From assembly GCA_051362555.1 (NCBI GenBank), contig CM120647.1, forward strand, positions 14,980,651 to 15,044,650: a DNA stretch of 64,000 nucleotides. Direction: 5' to 3'. The notes below the pieces were generated by a model. The model saw only the letters and a list, made by a program, of their open reading frames with translations, had not been told where the DNA came from and ran no database searches. Of this stretch, positions 10,974 through 24,600 are shown piece by piece. A program made the position numbers and the translations under genes. Origin of the DNA: Lingula anatina. Lineage: Eukaryota > Animalia > Brachiopoda. The first letter of the stretch is position 1. Each line of letters opens with the position of its first letter.

Positions 10974-12017
10974 TTCGGTCTGGTAGATATCAGGACCTAT
11001 AGGTAAATGTAAATATAAATGTAACTTTTTTTGCTGTAAAGTGATACGAAACATGATTGTTTTAAGCATGCAATTTACTTTCAAACAGATTAAATGCCAC
11101 ACAAAATCCGTTGTATCCACAAGGCATAAAGTACACATGCATGTATACAATTACTTATACAACAAGAAAATATTAGTTTTATATTAGTATTCATATACTT
11201 GTGATATGATAATAATGATAATGGTTTATTATGAATAATATTAATAGTCTATTCAGTAAAGGTGTAAGCTGATGCCTGATACTGCATGTGCAATTTAAAA
11301 AAAGGTATTAAATTAGATAAGATCTTATAATTAATTTATCAATTTATGCACTGAAAAGGTACTTAAAAATACTTATTTACGAAGTATTCTATAAAGGTTC
11401 AATTTTGACTATTGGCCCTAAAAATTAACTTAAAAATATTAAAACAAAATTGTTTCTTATACACTTTAAATGTTCATAGAAACTTACTTGTTTAAAAAAA
11501 ACAGTAGTTTATGAAAGATATCTTAATACGATCAGTCTTATTACTACTGAAACTTTAAATTTTCTGTGCCCTCTTAACGGCCGCACTTTTTTATGCAAAA
11601 ATGGCCCAGGTTTTCACTATTCTGAATTTTGAAATGACATCTCTTACAGGTATGTAGTATTTTATCTCTTTGTCATTCAATCTCATGAGTTAAGTTATAT
11701 TTCGTACCCATGATCGATTCGTTTTAAACATCAAACGAAAAACTGAAATTTTAACACGGAGAGAGTGCAAAAGGTCTGGATCATTTTCCATTTCCCTATC
11801 GTTCAAACAGGAAAGTTAATGTGGCGGATGCTTTCATCTAAAATGTATACACTGCACTGCACTGACGGTGCAGATAATAAAAACTCGCATTTTATATAAT
11901 AGACTTTAATTCTGCTTTTAACGTTATTGTACAAGGATTATATGTAAAACTTTAAGATCATTCGTCCGTTTTTATTTTAGATTTTCATTTCAGAAATAAA
12001 TTATACAGTTGACGTTG

Positions 12018-12531
12018 TGTCGGGTCAGACATACGAAGTTGTATGACGTAATGTCTTGTAGTCTAATAGCTCTTGAGTAATGCGGCGGTCACTGTGTATG
12101 ACGCCAAAGTAAAGAAATTAAATATGCAATTAAAGATAGTTAAAGTTTGCGTCATAGACCATACATGTAGATAAGGAATTAGGATATAAGCAATACCTTG
12201 CGAGATATACGGGGGAGACATGTAGAAGGGAGCAGCGAAGGAGGTTGGAAGCGACGGTGTACGGAGCGAGACGTAGTTACAGTAGGAGTTGGAGACTTCA
12301 CTTAGAACATGTACTTACCGAGCGTCAACGAAAAAACCGTTTATGTGGACTTGGGTTTTCTTTGCGCGACTTTACGTAAATCTGACACGAACCGTGGAGT
12401 CTTTGGATTGCGTTATCCACTAAGTTAGACGAAAACGTTATGTCCTATTTCGAGCCCACGCTTGAATTAAGCGTACAAAATTATCTAAGTTTAGGACATT
12501 CATCATAGGCAAATGTAAAAGGTTCATTACA
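12018..12531 (+). mobile_element. Solo LTR, 514 bp (Ty3/Gypsy-like)
   Basis: TGT...ACA ends, GTTG 4-bp TSD, absent at the paralogous site 5721-5740, TATA-like GATATAAG near 12183. Confidence 0.8.
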
Positions 12532-14255
12532 GTTGGTCCTTTATCTCACAATCTCACTTTTAAAAATCAGTATGCCACAAGTATGGGTCCTTTCACCCTG
12601 TTGCTATTTGTACCTCACACACGATTGCACTAGTGTGGGAGACAAAACGTTTTAAATAAAATTTGATAAAGGCAACTCTCGAGAGTTTAATTTCCAACAT
12701 TCGAATATAAACACGAAACTTGGTTTCTCATTTGAATATGGAGAATGGAAATATCTCAGGTGCGGTATAAATCGCTTATATACACTGTACTCTGTAAAAT
12801 TTTCAGCCATATATAGCAAAACTCACTCTCTAAGGACAATTTTTATCTGTAATATGGGAATGTTCAAATACCTGTAGGTACTTTATCCTAGACTGGAGTA
12901 TTGTCCCGCTATGTTCACGGATGCAGCAAGATGTTTTCGTTATTTCACCACGGCAGACCCACCGTTTACCAGGTGACAATGGTACTTTCACTTTAGTTTT
13001 GATATCAATAATTGCTTCTGCCGTAAAATTCGATAATTAGCACAGTTGACCTTATATAAAGATTTTAATGTTTACGTTGTTAGCCTTACTAAAGAAAAAT
13101 CGATTAAAATAATAGGCCGGTATGCAGGAAAAAAACTAACAAAGTAAAAACAGACTATATGAAAATGGCTGGCAAGCTGCATACGCCAATAACCCTGCTA
13201 GCCTGAGAGATTTACACATTTATTTCTTCATGAAGAGGACAAAGTGTGGGTAGTTGGGGGTGGGGATCACACAGAGGCAGAAGATAACCAAACCCTATTA
13301 ATTATCTTATTTAGATATCTTATAAAATGCAAACTAGCCGAGCAAAGAGAGAAAAAATTAGTGCAGATCGTGTATCCTATTTCTGACATAACCAAATGAT
13401 TGCATTAATCGCCAATAATTTGTTATGTATTTGCCCATTTTTATTTCCTGGATGTGCGAATAGAGGCATATGGGTGGCTACAGCAATTGAACTGCAATTG
13501 TGCAAAAACCAGGCAACATGCGCACTTCCGCTGTCGTTGAATTCGAAAAAATCAAATTTCCTGGGCATATTACTTTCAGTACTTAACACACCCTCTGACC
13601 ATTATGGACACTCTTCATACCAATAAAACTGGATGTACTTATACCATTACACAAGATCGGCCTCATACATGAACTCTTAATTACGCATACTCCACAGTAA
13701 ATGCGAACACTGTAAAAATCTGTTCTGTGAATTGTGGTAGAGAAGAAACCATCAAAGCACAATCAAGTACCTTGGTCGCGAGAAAGATTGTGCTGTAGAT
13801 TTAAAAATAGACTTTTAAAAATTGATGAAAGAATCTTACGAAGGAGGGGGTCATTTTTTAGATTAGATTTTTAATATCACAATTATTTCAGTTTGTGCTG
13901 CATTCGTGGCTGGTGTCAATATCATACGCTATTACTGTGATGAATCTGCATGCAGTTTATTAAAACTGTAATTTTGCAATGTAAATAAATAAACAAACAC
14001 GGGCCGTATTCTCAAAACTTTGTAACTTACAACAATTTGTAACTATTTACGTGAATTTGTAACTTAGACTTACACGGTATTGAGTCACCAGGTAGCACGG
14101 AGCTTGTGACTGTCTTACCTTAATGGGCAACTGGGGTAAAATTATGTGGTATTTATTTATTCAATCGCAATCAGCCCTGTACCGAATTCTTTTTTTCTCT
14201 CTTCTTATTTAACTCCTTGTTATTTTTCTTGTTTTCTTACAAGGCTGAGTAAGAC

Positions 14256-14504
14256 AGTGGCGGATTTAGAGTGGGGGGTCAGCGGGGTCCTGAATAAAAT
14301 CACACTAATTTTCCCCTTCTGAAATTAGACATTTGACTAGCTGAGTCACAGTTCTAAATATATAGCACCGTTTGCTCTTCAAAACACGAAAAAAATTCAG
14401 GGGCCCTTAAACGGGCCCCAAACCCCCCACCACCAAGGGGGCCAAGGGTCGGTATCGTATCCGAGGCCTGCCATTCCTAAAACCACCCGGACCCCCCGCC
14501 CCTG
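14256..14504 (+). mobile_element. MITE-like element with CAG(T/G)GGCGG termini; partial inverted copies at 17429-17604, 33421-33579, 48939-49126
   Basis: Starts cagtggcggattt and ends ccgcccctg; its interior is the reverse complement of the other copies, which end aaatccgcctctg; absent at paralogous 29367 and 44245. Confidence 0.65.
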
Positions 14505-14990
14505 TTGCTAGAAAAAACACCACAGAAGAATTGAATCACTCCTTATAAATGATTTAATGCAATTCACGCTGTGTACAGATTCACAACAGAAGTTCTTAAA
14601 AGTAGACAACTTATGTTAACCTTGTTGGTCTCGAGCAGAATGGAAATTTAACTGGTTTGCTATGTACACACAAAGTGGCTTTAAATCAATATTAAGTTAT
14701 CAATCGTTCCCATGCCCTTAAAATGCGTGTGGACCCCGCGTGAATATTTTTATAATTAGTTAAAAAAAAAAAAAACGCACTCCCACTAGCCTATCATGTA
14801 TTTCGCAGGCTGGCTCAAAAATTTCCTATGACCATGGATCTTAATCTTTCCACTACTAAAATTATATGCATGCATAGATTACGTCATGCAGTATACTTAA
14901 TCCTGATAACAGGTTCATCAGAAAAAAAAACGCTATATATAAAACGCTCAATACTTATAATTACATTAAAACAGTAAAACTTGATAATAC

Positions 14991-15146
14991 GTATACATGA
15001 AATTCTCAAACACAAGCCTCAATTTTTTTTCATACCGTTAGCTTCCGGCAAACCTGGTCGAAGGCCTTCATCAGACTGAAAATTGAGGCTTGTGTTTGAG
15101 AATTTCATGTATATCCAACAACCAAGCTAATGAACATTTTTATTCA
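14991..15146 (-). mobile_element. Short insertion with 35-bp perfect inverted repeat; Penelope-like terminal fragment
   Basis: IR arms 14992-15026 and 15079-15113; TTGATAATAC direct repeat at 14981 and 15147; CTGATGAAGGCC on the minus strand in the loop. Confidence 0.55.
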
Positions 15147-15816
15147 TTGATAATACATGTACATCAATAATAATAATAATGGTGAGATAATAATAATAAT
15201 AAATATTCATTCACATCTATTATAATACCTGTAAAACATAAAGGATGCAGGCGAAGGAAGAAGTATCAGAGGGGATTGAAAGTACTATATAAGGTACTCC
15301 TACTGAAATATTAGTAACGGCTACTTGAAACATTGCGTGGATCTGATTACAGTTGTCAAAAAATAGGCCTACATAGTTTTCATGCTGCTAAATGTATGTA
15401 GTTAACCCTGTGATGAAAAAATCAGTAGAAGACACGCTAAACCTTTATATAAATAAATATATAAAATGTCCAATACATACTAACTTGGAAATGCACCAAT
15501 AATAATAATAATAATAATAATAATAGTATTTTTTATAATATCAAACTAAATCAGTTGCACCTGTTTTGAAAGTTGTAATACATAATGGATACAGAAATAA
15601 CAGAGCGGATGGAAAGGTCCTCCCCTCCCTAAGCCACGCTTCAGATTCCTTGCTAAACAGGTGTTTGGTAGAGGGCTGCTTTTCGCATTATAATAATAAT
15701 TATTATTATCGACTTGTTTTCATATATTGTCGCGCAATGACAAACATGTTCATCATTTGAAGCTTACATCAGAAAGGTTAACAAAACCAGATACAGTTGC
15801 TTATACATATGTTACA

Positions 15817-17427
15817 TTAATCTATACTACTTGGATCGGGAATCTCGTTATCTTTTATATATTGTTCAACGATATCTCGGACGGCAACTTCCCAACTTCT
15901 CTTACGTGCCTCTTTGCTACCGTCCGTGTCAATAAAGCCCAACACAAACCTGGGAATGGACACGCCGATAAAGGATGCGATCGCCTGACCGCTGAGTTGT
16001 TATTCCGAAGCGTTACGGAAACCCACCATCGTTAACATTTTGAAAAAATGCCATGAAAATGGCGACAATGGAGGTCATGCATGCCTCTGCCATACCTTCA
16101 TCAAGGGGAAGAAGTTTTTTATAAATGGTCTCCCACAGGTCTTTAGGAATTCTCTCCCAACCTCTGCCATCTGATTTATAGAATAAAAAGTACTGCTGTT
16201 TGTCTTGCTCTAGAGAAGGTGTCTGTGGACGAGTGTGTGAACTGGCGGTAATTTGTGCACTTCGAGCGTCATCAATTCCCTCTTCAACGTTAGATTGATT
16301 TACGGCTGCCATACTTAAAGAAGGTGCGTCTCCACATTCCTGGGGTGTTATCTTAACCTTACTGTGTGGCACAGTAGGTCTGTGTAAGAGGTGAACGTTG
16401 GGTGAACAGGTGTGTGAACTGGCGGTAATTTGTGCACTTCGAGCGTCATCAATTCCCTCTTCAACGTTAGATTGATTTACGGTTGCCATACTTGAAGAAG
16501 GAGAGTCTCCACAAATCTGGTGTGGTCATAACGGTAATGTTACCGTTGACTCGAACACTTTTTATTAACATTGGTCCAATTGTTGAGCATTCTTTGAAGA
16601 CAATCGTTTTCAAAACACGGTACTTTTCTTGTAAAACATGAAACGGGAGCCAAATGTAATATATCAGAGATATACCTAATACAACATTCGGTAATACAAT
16701 TTCGTAATTTATCAACACGCCTGCTGTAATGAATGCAGTCGCAATTAACAAGTAGAATATATTTTAAATTACAAACCCAATTGCATACAGAACACAGACG
16801 AATGTGTGGATAATACCCACATATAAGGCTAAACACTTGTATGTATAATCTATAAATGTGTAAACAGGAAACAGAAAAATGGCCAAATACGGTATAACAA
16901 AAATACTAATAGGTAATCCGAAAAAAATACCGAGTAGCGTCATAAAAAGAAATTTTATAATTGAATTTATGAAGCATTAAATTTACATGGAAGGCTATAC
17001 ATTTGATTAAATGCATCGTTTGGAGTAAAACATTTCTTGCTATTTTATCAAATGAAATGTAAATGTAGTCATCCATCACATTGCAACTGCCGAAGTCCAT
17101 GCACGGTGGTTCCCATTCGCAAGGACATATGTAGTGAAGTATCCAAAAATATGTGTACATATATCTCGTAAATAGCTTCGAAATTTCTCTCCAGTCTTCA
17201 AACTTCTTTTTTGTCGGAACCCAAACCCGAAATAGAGTTAGTATGAATACTAGTAAAGAAAATACCAAAAAGTATTGCATCTCAAATTGATCGACAGGCC
17301 TATCTCTGTAGTATTTGCTATCTATATACGCCTGATAAATGAAAGGAGCGTGAGCAAGCGGGTAAATAAGAAACAGAGCTCCAAAGACAGACATTCGGTT
17401 TTCTGAGCTAAAGGTAAACAATTCATC
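15817..17427 (-). pseudogene. Subtype B pseudogene, C-terminal two-thirds, several frameshifts
   Basis: ORF pieces 16906-17520, 16467-16751 and 16013-16489 are nearly identical to parts of 39695-41130; homology stops at DELFTF (17427), where a MITE-derived sequence begins. Confidence 0.9.
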
Positions 17428-17774
17428 CCACCTTAGCGTGGAATTCGGGGCCCGCTGAAGGGCTTCGGAAGTTTTTTTTTTTTTTTTTTTTTTTTGGGGG
17501 GGGGGGGCGAACGGTGCCATTTGGTACGGTTTAGGACTATATGATTCAGCTAGTCAAAATGCTTATTTCAAGAAGGGGACAGAAATCGACTAAATCCGCC
17601 TCTGGTCTCACAAATAAATAATTTCACATTGACCGGAATACAGCAGGTGTGATTTACTGTGAAATGCAATAGAGAAGAAACCGTCGAAAACAATATCAAG
17701 CTAAATAGATTGTGCTAGAGATCTAATCGGTGCATTTAAGCAATGGTAATTTGAATATTTCATAAAATTATTAT

Positions 17775-20700
17775 AAAAACAAGGCAGCAAAGCTGTCAAA
17801 TGTACAGACAAAAAACAGGAAAATAAAGATGCAAAAAAAAGGTCATTTTGTCAATTTTGATGCAATAATAAATAATGCTTATAGTAGCACTGTCGGTCAA
17901 CACTGAATTTTAATCATGCACAACAGGTAACATGGTCAATAACAGGAGCGGACCCTGAGATATTTTCTGACAGTATTCCAAAGTATCTATGTTGATCCAT
18001 CCTCCATTTTGATGGTCTTCCAACAGAAAAAATAGATACCAGTCAATATAAACTTAATAACCTGTCTTCCAGAAGACCCAGAAGATGGTCTCAATCCACC
18101 CCTTCAATAAGATTACAGTTTCAGGACCATGAGAGACAAAAGTCACATGATGAAAGTCTCAATATTTGAAAAATGATGACAGTGCATAAAATAATATTAT
18201 ATAATGTTTAAAGACATAAAAAACAATACAATTGCTTATGTGGAAATACAGAAAATGTGCAGAGTCTCGAGCGGATGAGAGTTAAAAGTCACAAATGCAA
18301 GTGTTTGAGAAAAAATTGTAAAGGAAAACATAACAAAACTAGAAAACCACCGAGAGTGCAGACCTCTGCCAAGGCAGCAATTGTTGATTATTATTGATTA
18401 TTGATTTGTTATTGAGCCAGACCACCACTAAAAACTAAACATTGTCCTCTTTGGCCCAATTCTGGCAGTTCCTGAAAATTTCAGCAAAATCAGTCCATAA
18501 CTTCTTGAGTTATGTTGATGACAGACAAACAGGGGTGAAAATATAACCTCCTTGGCAGAGCCTGAGGTAAATGTAATTTCAATGAAGCTGCTATTCAAAC
18601 TTTTAATCTTTGATTATATATATTATATATATATAAAATATATATAAAATAACCTGCATAATTATCACTGCTTCCTTATTATTAATCTAGCAGAGAGCTT
18701 AAGTTTTGGGAGTTTACAAGGAAATATCAACAAGTGTGCTTTATGTAATCTCCTTTAATGGCCTATCAATTAGGCAAATGACTTTATAACTCAGAAATTA
18801 GCTAAGTGATACCCAAGGGATATTAACAGACTGACCCTCTCAAAGGTCTTTCAGGCCCATAAGTCACATCTTAAAAAAAGCACAAAACAATAATGCACAA
18901 AATAGGAGACTACCAATTCTGATGCAATAATACATTATGTTTTACTGCACAGTCAACATCAAATTTTAATTATCCACAACAGGTAACAACGACGAAAGTA
19001 AAAGCATAAGGCTTCAGGCCCATCAGAGTTCAAGTTTATACTTAGAAAGTGCCAGGATGAGAAAAATGAAAATTTCACACAAAATTGCATAAATTCAATA
19101 ATAAATGATAACCCAATTGACCTGGCTTTCTAATTTGAACTGCATGCCAATCCTAAAAATCATACTTGTAAGTTAAAAATAATAATAAGTAACACAGTTT
19201 TCTTTTCATAATGTTTGCAGTAGCAATGCAAAGACATTGTAGTCAATTTTGATGTAACATTACATAATAAATTATAGAATAATTATTACCAATGTTTGAT
19301 TATTGACAATAAATAGCATGGACATGTAGAAAATTTGATTACCATTCGGCTTCATGTCCATGGGAGCTCCGAGTCCCACAATGAATATGCCAAAAAGATA
19401 ATGAATATTTCACTCAAATGTATAACTTCCAGAAAAAGAAGCCAATTAGACTGCTTTTCCAACTCATTCTGCATTTTAGTCCTGTGTTTCTTTTTTAAAG
19501 GTTTGACAGTCATAACACGGTTTTCCCATAATGGTCATCATGGCAGCAGCACCAAAAATTGTGTTTTCTTCTATTTTGATGCAACATTACATAATGCTTA
19601 ACAGCATAATTACCATCAATTTTTAATAATAGAATATTAGTAACATGGACATTCAGAAAACGTGACAAGCAAAGGTCTTCAGGATCATGGAACTTCAAAG
19701 TCACACCTTGAAAATGCCAATAAGTGAAAAATTAAATCTTCACAAAAAAACTGTTTAACTGCCAGAAAAAAATTACCAAACAGACTGCATTGCCTACTGA
19801 AGCTGTATTTTAGACCCATGTTTCTTTCCTGTAAGTTTGAAAACAATAATTGACATGATTTTTGTTAAATGGTCATCATGAGAGCAGTGCTCAAAATAGG
19901 GGTTTCTTCCAATTTTGATGCAGTATTACATAATGTTTAACACCATAATGACCATCAATTTTTAATAATAGAATATTAGTCACATGAATATTCAGAAAAC
20001 GTGACTAGCAAAGTTCTGCAGGCTCATGGAACTTCAAAGTCACACCTTGAAAATGCCAATATGTGAAAAATTAAATCTTCACAAAAAAACTGTTTAACTG
20101 CCAGAAAGAATTACCAATCAGACTGCATTGCCTACTGAAGCTGTATTTTAGCCCCATGTTTCTTTCCTGTAAGTTTGAAAACAGTAAGTGACATGGTTTT
20201 TCTTAAATGGTCATCATGGGAGCAGTGCCCAAAATAGGGGTTTCTTCAAATTTTGATGCAGTATTACATAATGTTTAACAGCATAATGACCATCAATTTT
20301 TAATAATAGAATATTAGTAACATGAACATTCAGAAAATGTGACTAGCAAAGGTCTGCAGGCTCATGGAACTTCAAAGTCACATCTTAAAAATGCCAAAAT
20401 GTAAACAAGACAGCACTTTTCTGAAATGGGTTTATTTCCATTTTTAACATTTTTTTAACATAAAACAAAATAAACAGTTTGTTGCCATTTTTATATGACC
20501 AACTAAGAAAATTGATGAGATGGGAAAAATATCAATAGAACAGTGTTGAATGTCCAATTTCCTCCATTCTGAGATTCTGAACAAAGTGGATGATTGAATC
20601 TGACAAACTGCAATGATATGAGTTTATTTCCATTTTTGACACTTTATTAAAACAATACACGATAACAAGTTTACCATCATTTTTACATAATCAATTAACA

Positions 20701-21330
20701 ATGTTGTGAAGATGCAGGAAATATCAAACAAACAATTTTACGTATCTTATTAGTTAAATAATGAGACTGTTAACATGCCTAAGAATTGAATCTGAGGAAA
20801 TGTGAAAAAACAGCATAACTTCTAAAATAAAGGCCCGAATATGCTGATTTTCGAACTCAACCTGCGTTTTAGTTAGTTTGACTACTCCTGTGAGTATTAT
20901 GACAATTGGATTATCTGTTTTTCTTATATTGTGTTATCAGTGTTGCAAATATGTTGAAAAAAGTGAAAAAACAGCATTACTTCCCTAAAAGTGGCCCGGT
21001 CATGCTGATTTTCGAACTTGACATGCGGATAATAAATATTCATCAGTTTTCTAAGTTTCAAGCCAAAAAGTAAAATAGTTTTCCACTTATCGTGTTATCG
21101 GTGTTGCATATATGCTGAAAAAAGGGAAAAACAGCATAACTGCCATAAAATTGACCCGATAGCTCTGATTTTCGAACTTGACCTGCGTATTATGAATATT
21201 CATCAGTTCTATAAATTTGAATACAAAATGTAAAACGGTATTCCACTTATCGTGTTAATGCTGAGTGCACGGCGACGACGTCGACGGCGACGGCGACGAC
21301 AGACGCAGGTGACGGCTATATACATAAAAA
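17775..21330 (-). mobile_element. ~3.55-kb Helentron/HINE (DINE-1-like) non-autonomous composite element
   Basis: Reverse complement of 52869-58826 without the 53845-56305 insert; empty site at 33750-33755 (ttattataaaaaagcactcc); inserted in a T/A run with no other TSD. Confidence 0.8.
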
Positions 21331-21570
21331 GCACTCCGAGAACGCAGACCTCCGCCAAGGCAGCATTTTATAATAATTATAATTGATTATTGATTTTTGA
21401 TTGATTGTTGATCCAGATCACCACCAAAAACTAATCATCTGTTCCTTAGCCCACTTCTGACAGTTTATGAAAATTTTATCAAAATCGGTCCATAACTTTT
21501 TGAGTTACGTTAAAGACAGACAAGCAAACAAACAGAGGTGAAAACATAACCTCCTTCGCGGAGGTAATTA
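21326..21570 (-). mobile_element. ~240-bp small HINE-like element; copies at 18340-18572, 33751-33957 (truncated), 58022-58262 (+)
   Basis: In element orientation: ttacctccgc.aaggaggttat 5' IR, (TTTG/TCTG)n microsatellite, ccttggcggaggt subterminal IR and 3' hairpin (gcactct...agtgc in the 58022 copy). Confidence 0.75.
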
Positions 21571-21606
21571 TATAATAATTTAGTACAACTTTTAATTTTA
21601 GTTTTA

Positions 21607-24600
21607 GTTCAAAATCAATTTCATCGGCATAAAGTCAAGAGAATCAGCACAAGGTGGAAGTGCAATAATTCTAAGTATTCGACCATTTTGTAATAAAAAT
21701 CAATCTATTTTGGGATTGATCAGCATTAAATGATTTAAAACAGTAGGCTAATGTTGCCGGGGGCTGGGATAGGGCTATATTGGCACCAAAACTTTGGGAG
21801 TGGGACCGTCTTTGTCCAATTTGTATTACAGAATTTATTACTCTTGCGCTGAAGTAAGCGAGTAAGCTGGCTGCCGGTTGCTCACAAGTACGCTTCCACA
21901 ATCATTGACTTCTTCTTCAGTGCTACCTTGAAGAAAAGATGTCGTACTCGAGAAATACGGTCCGGGATCCTTTATTAACAGCACATCCCCCCCTACCATT
22001 CAACGATCCCAGATCCCCCCGTGTAAGATATTGTGCGTTGGTAGAAAAACACCATAGAAGAATTAAATCACTCCATATAATTGATTTAATTCAAATTACA
22101 TTGTGTACATATTCACAATAGATGCCTATAAAGGTCGAAACGTTAACCTTGTCGGCCTCGAACAGAATAGAAATTTAACTAGTTTGTTATTTACACACAA
22201 GTGACTTTAAATCAATACCATGTTTTCAATCGTTCCCGTGCCCTTAGAATGCGTGTGGACCCCGAGTGAATTTTTTTAAATTAGTTTATTTAATAACGCA
22301 CTCCCACTAGCCTATCATGTATTTCGCAAGCTGGGTCAAACATTTTCTATGCCCATGGATCTTAATCTTACCACTACTAAAATTATATGCATATTATATG
22401 CAGTTCGAAATCAATTTCATCGGCATAAAGTCAAGAGAATCAGCACAAGGTGGAAGTGCGATAATTCTAAGAATTCGACAATTTTGTAATAAAATCAATC
22501 TATTTTGGGATTGATAAGCATTAAATGATTTAAAACAGTAGGCTAATGTTGCCGGGGACTGGGGTAGTTCTATACTGGCGCCAATACTTTGGGAGTGGGA
22601 CTGTCTTTATCCAATTTGTATTACAGAATTTATTACTCTTGCGCTGAAGTAAGCGAGTAAGCTGGCTGCCGGTTGCTCACAAGTACGCTTCCACAATCAT
22701 TGACTTCTTCTTCAGTGCTACCTTGAAGAAAAGATGTTGTACTCGAGAAATACGGTCCGGGATCCTTTATTAACAGCACATCCCCCCCCTACCATTCAAC
22801 GATCCCAGATCCCCCCGTGTAAGATATTGTGCGTTGGTAGAAAAATACCATAGAAGAATTAAATCACTCCATATAATTGATTTAATTCAAATTACATTGT
22901 GTACATATTCACAATAGATGCTTATAAAGGTCGAAACGTTAACCTTGTCGGCCTCGAACAGAATAGAAATTTAACTAGTTTGTTATTTACACACAAGTGA
23001 CTTTAAATCAATACCATGTTTTCAATCGTTCCCGTGCCCTTAGAATGCGTGTGGACCCCGAGTGAATATTTTTTAAATTAGTTTTTTTAATAACGCACTC
23101 CCACTAGCCTATCATGTATTTCGCAAGCTGGGTCAAACATTTTCTATGCCCATGGATCTTAATCTTACCACTACTAAAATTATATGCATATTATATGCAG
23201 TTCAAAATCAATTTCATCGGCATAAAGTCAAGAGAATCAGCACAAGGTGGAAGTGCAATAATTCTAAGTATTCGACCATTTTGTAATAAAAATCAATCTA
23301 TTTTGGGATTGATCAGCATTAAATGATTTAAAACAGTAGGCTAATGTTGCCGGGGGCTGGGGTAGGGCTATATTGGCACCAAAACTTTGGGAGTGGGACC
23401 GTCTTTGTCAAATTTGTATTACAGAATTTATTACTCTTGCGCTGAAGTAAGCGAGTAAGCTGGCTGCCGGTTGCTCACAAGTACGCTTCCACAATCATTG
23501 ACTTCTTCTTCAGTGCTACCTTAAAGAAAAGATGTCGTACTCGAGAAATAGGTCCGGGATCCTTTATTAACAGCACATCCCCCCCCTACCATTCAACGAT
23601 CCCAGATCCCCCCGTGTAAGATATTGTGCGTTGGTAGAAAAACACCATAGAAGAATTAAATCACTCCATATAATTGATTTAATTCAAATTACATTGTGTA
23701 CATATTCACAATAGATGCTTATAAAGGTCGAAACGTTAACCTTGTCGGCCTCGAACAGAATAGAAATTTAACTAGTTTGTTATTTACACACAAGTGACTT
23801 TAAATCAATACCATGTTTTCAATCGTTCCCGTGCCCTTAGAATGCGTGTGGACCCCGAGTGAATATTTTATTAATTAGTTTTTTTAATAACGCACTCCCA
23901 CTAGCCTATCATGTATTTCGCAGGCAGGCTCAAACATTTTCTATGCCCATGGATCTTAATCTTACCACTACTAAAATTATATGCATATTATATGCAGTTC
24001 GAAATCAATTTCATCGGCATAAAGTCAAGAGAATCAGCACAAGGTGGAAGTGCGATAATTCTAAGAATTCGACCATTTTGTAATAAACTCAATCTATTTT
24101 GTGATTGATCAGCATTAAATGATTTAAAACAGTAGGCTAATGTTGCCGGGGACTGGGGTAGGGCTATACTGGCGCCAATACTTTGGGAGTGGGACTGTCT
24201 TTGTCCAATTTGTATTACAGAATTTATTACTCTTGCGCTGAAGTAAGCGAGTAAGCTGGCTGCCGGTTGCTCACAAGTACGCTTCCACAATCATTGACTT
24301 CTTCTTCAGTGCTACCTTAAAGAAAAGATGTCGTACTCGAGAAATAGGTCCGGGATCCTTTATTAACAGCACATCCCCCCCCCCCCCCCCCCCCCCCCCC
24401 CCATTCAACGATCCCAGATCCCCCCGTGTAAGATATTGTGCGTTGGTAGAAAAACACCATAGAAGAATTAAATCACTCCATATAATTGATTTAATTCAAA
24501 TTACATTGTGTACATATTCACAATAGATGCTTATAAAGGTCGAAACGTTAACCTTGTCGGCCTCGAACAGAATAGAAATTTAACTAGTTTGTTATTTACA

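Noticed and set aside
17775-21330. Inverted partial duplication of the PRDM gene
   Set aside because: Similarity ends exactly at the HINE termini and includes no exon.
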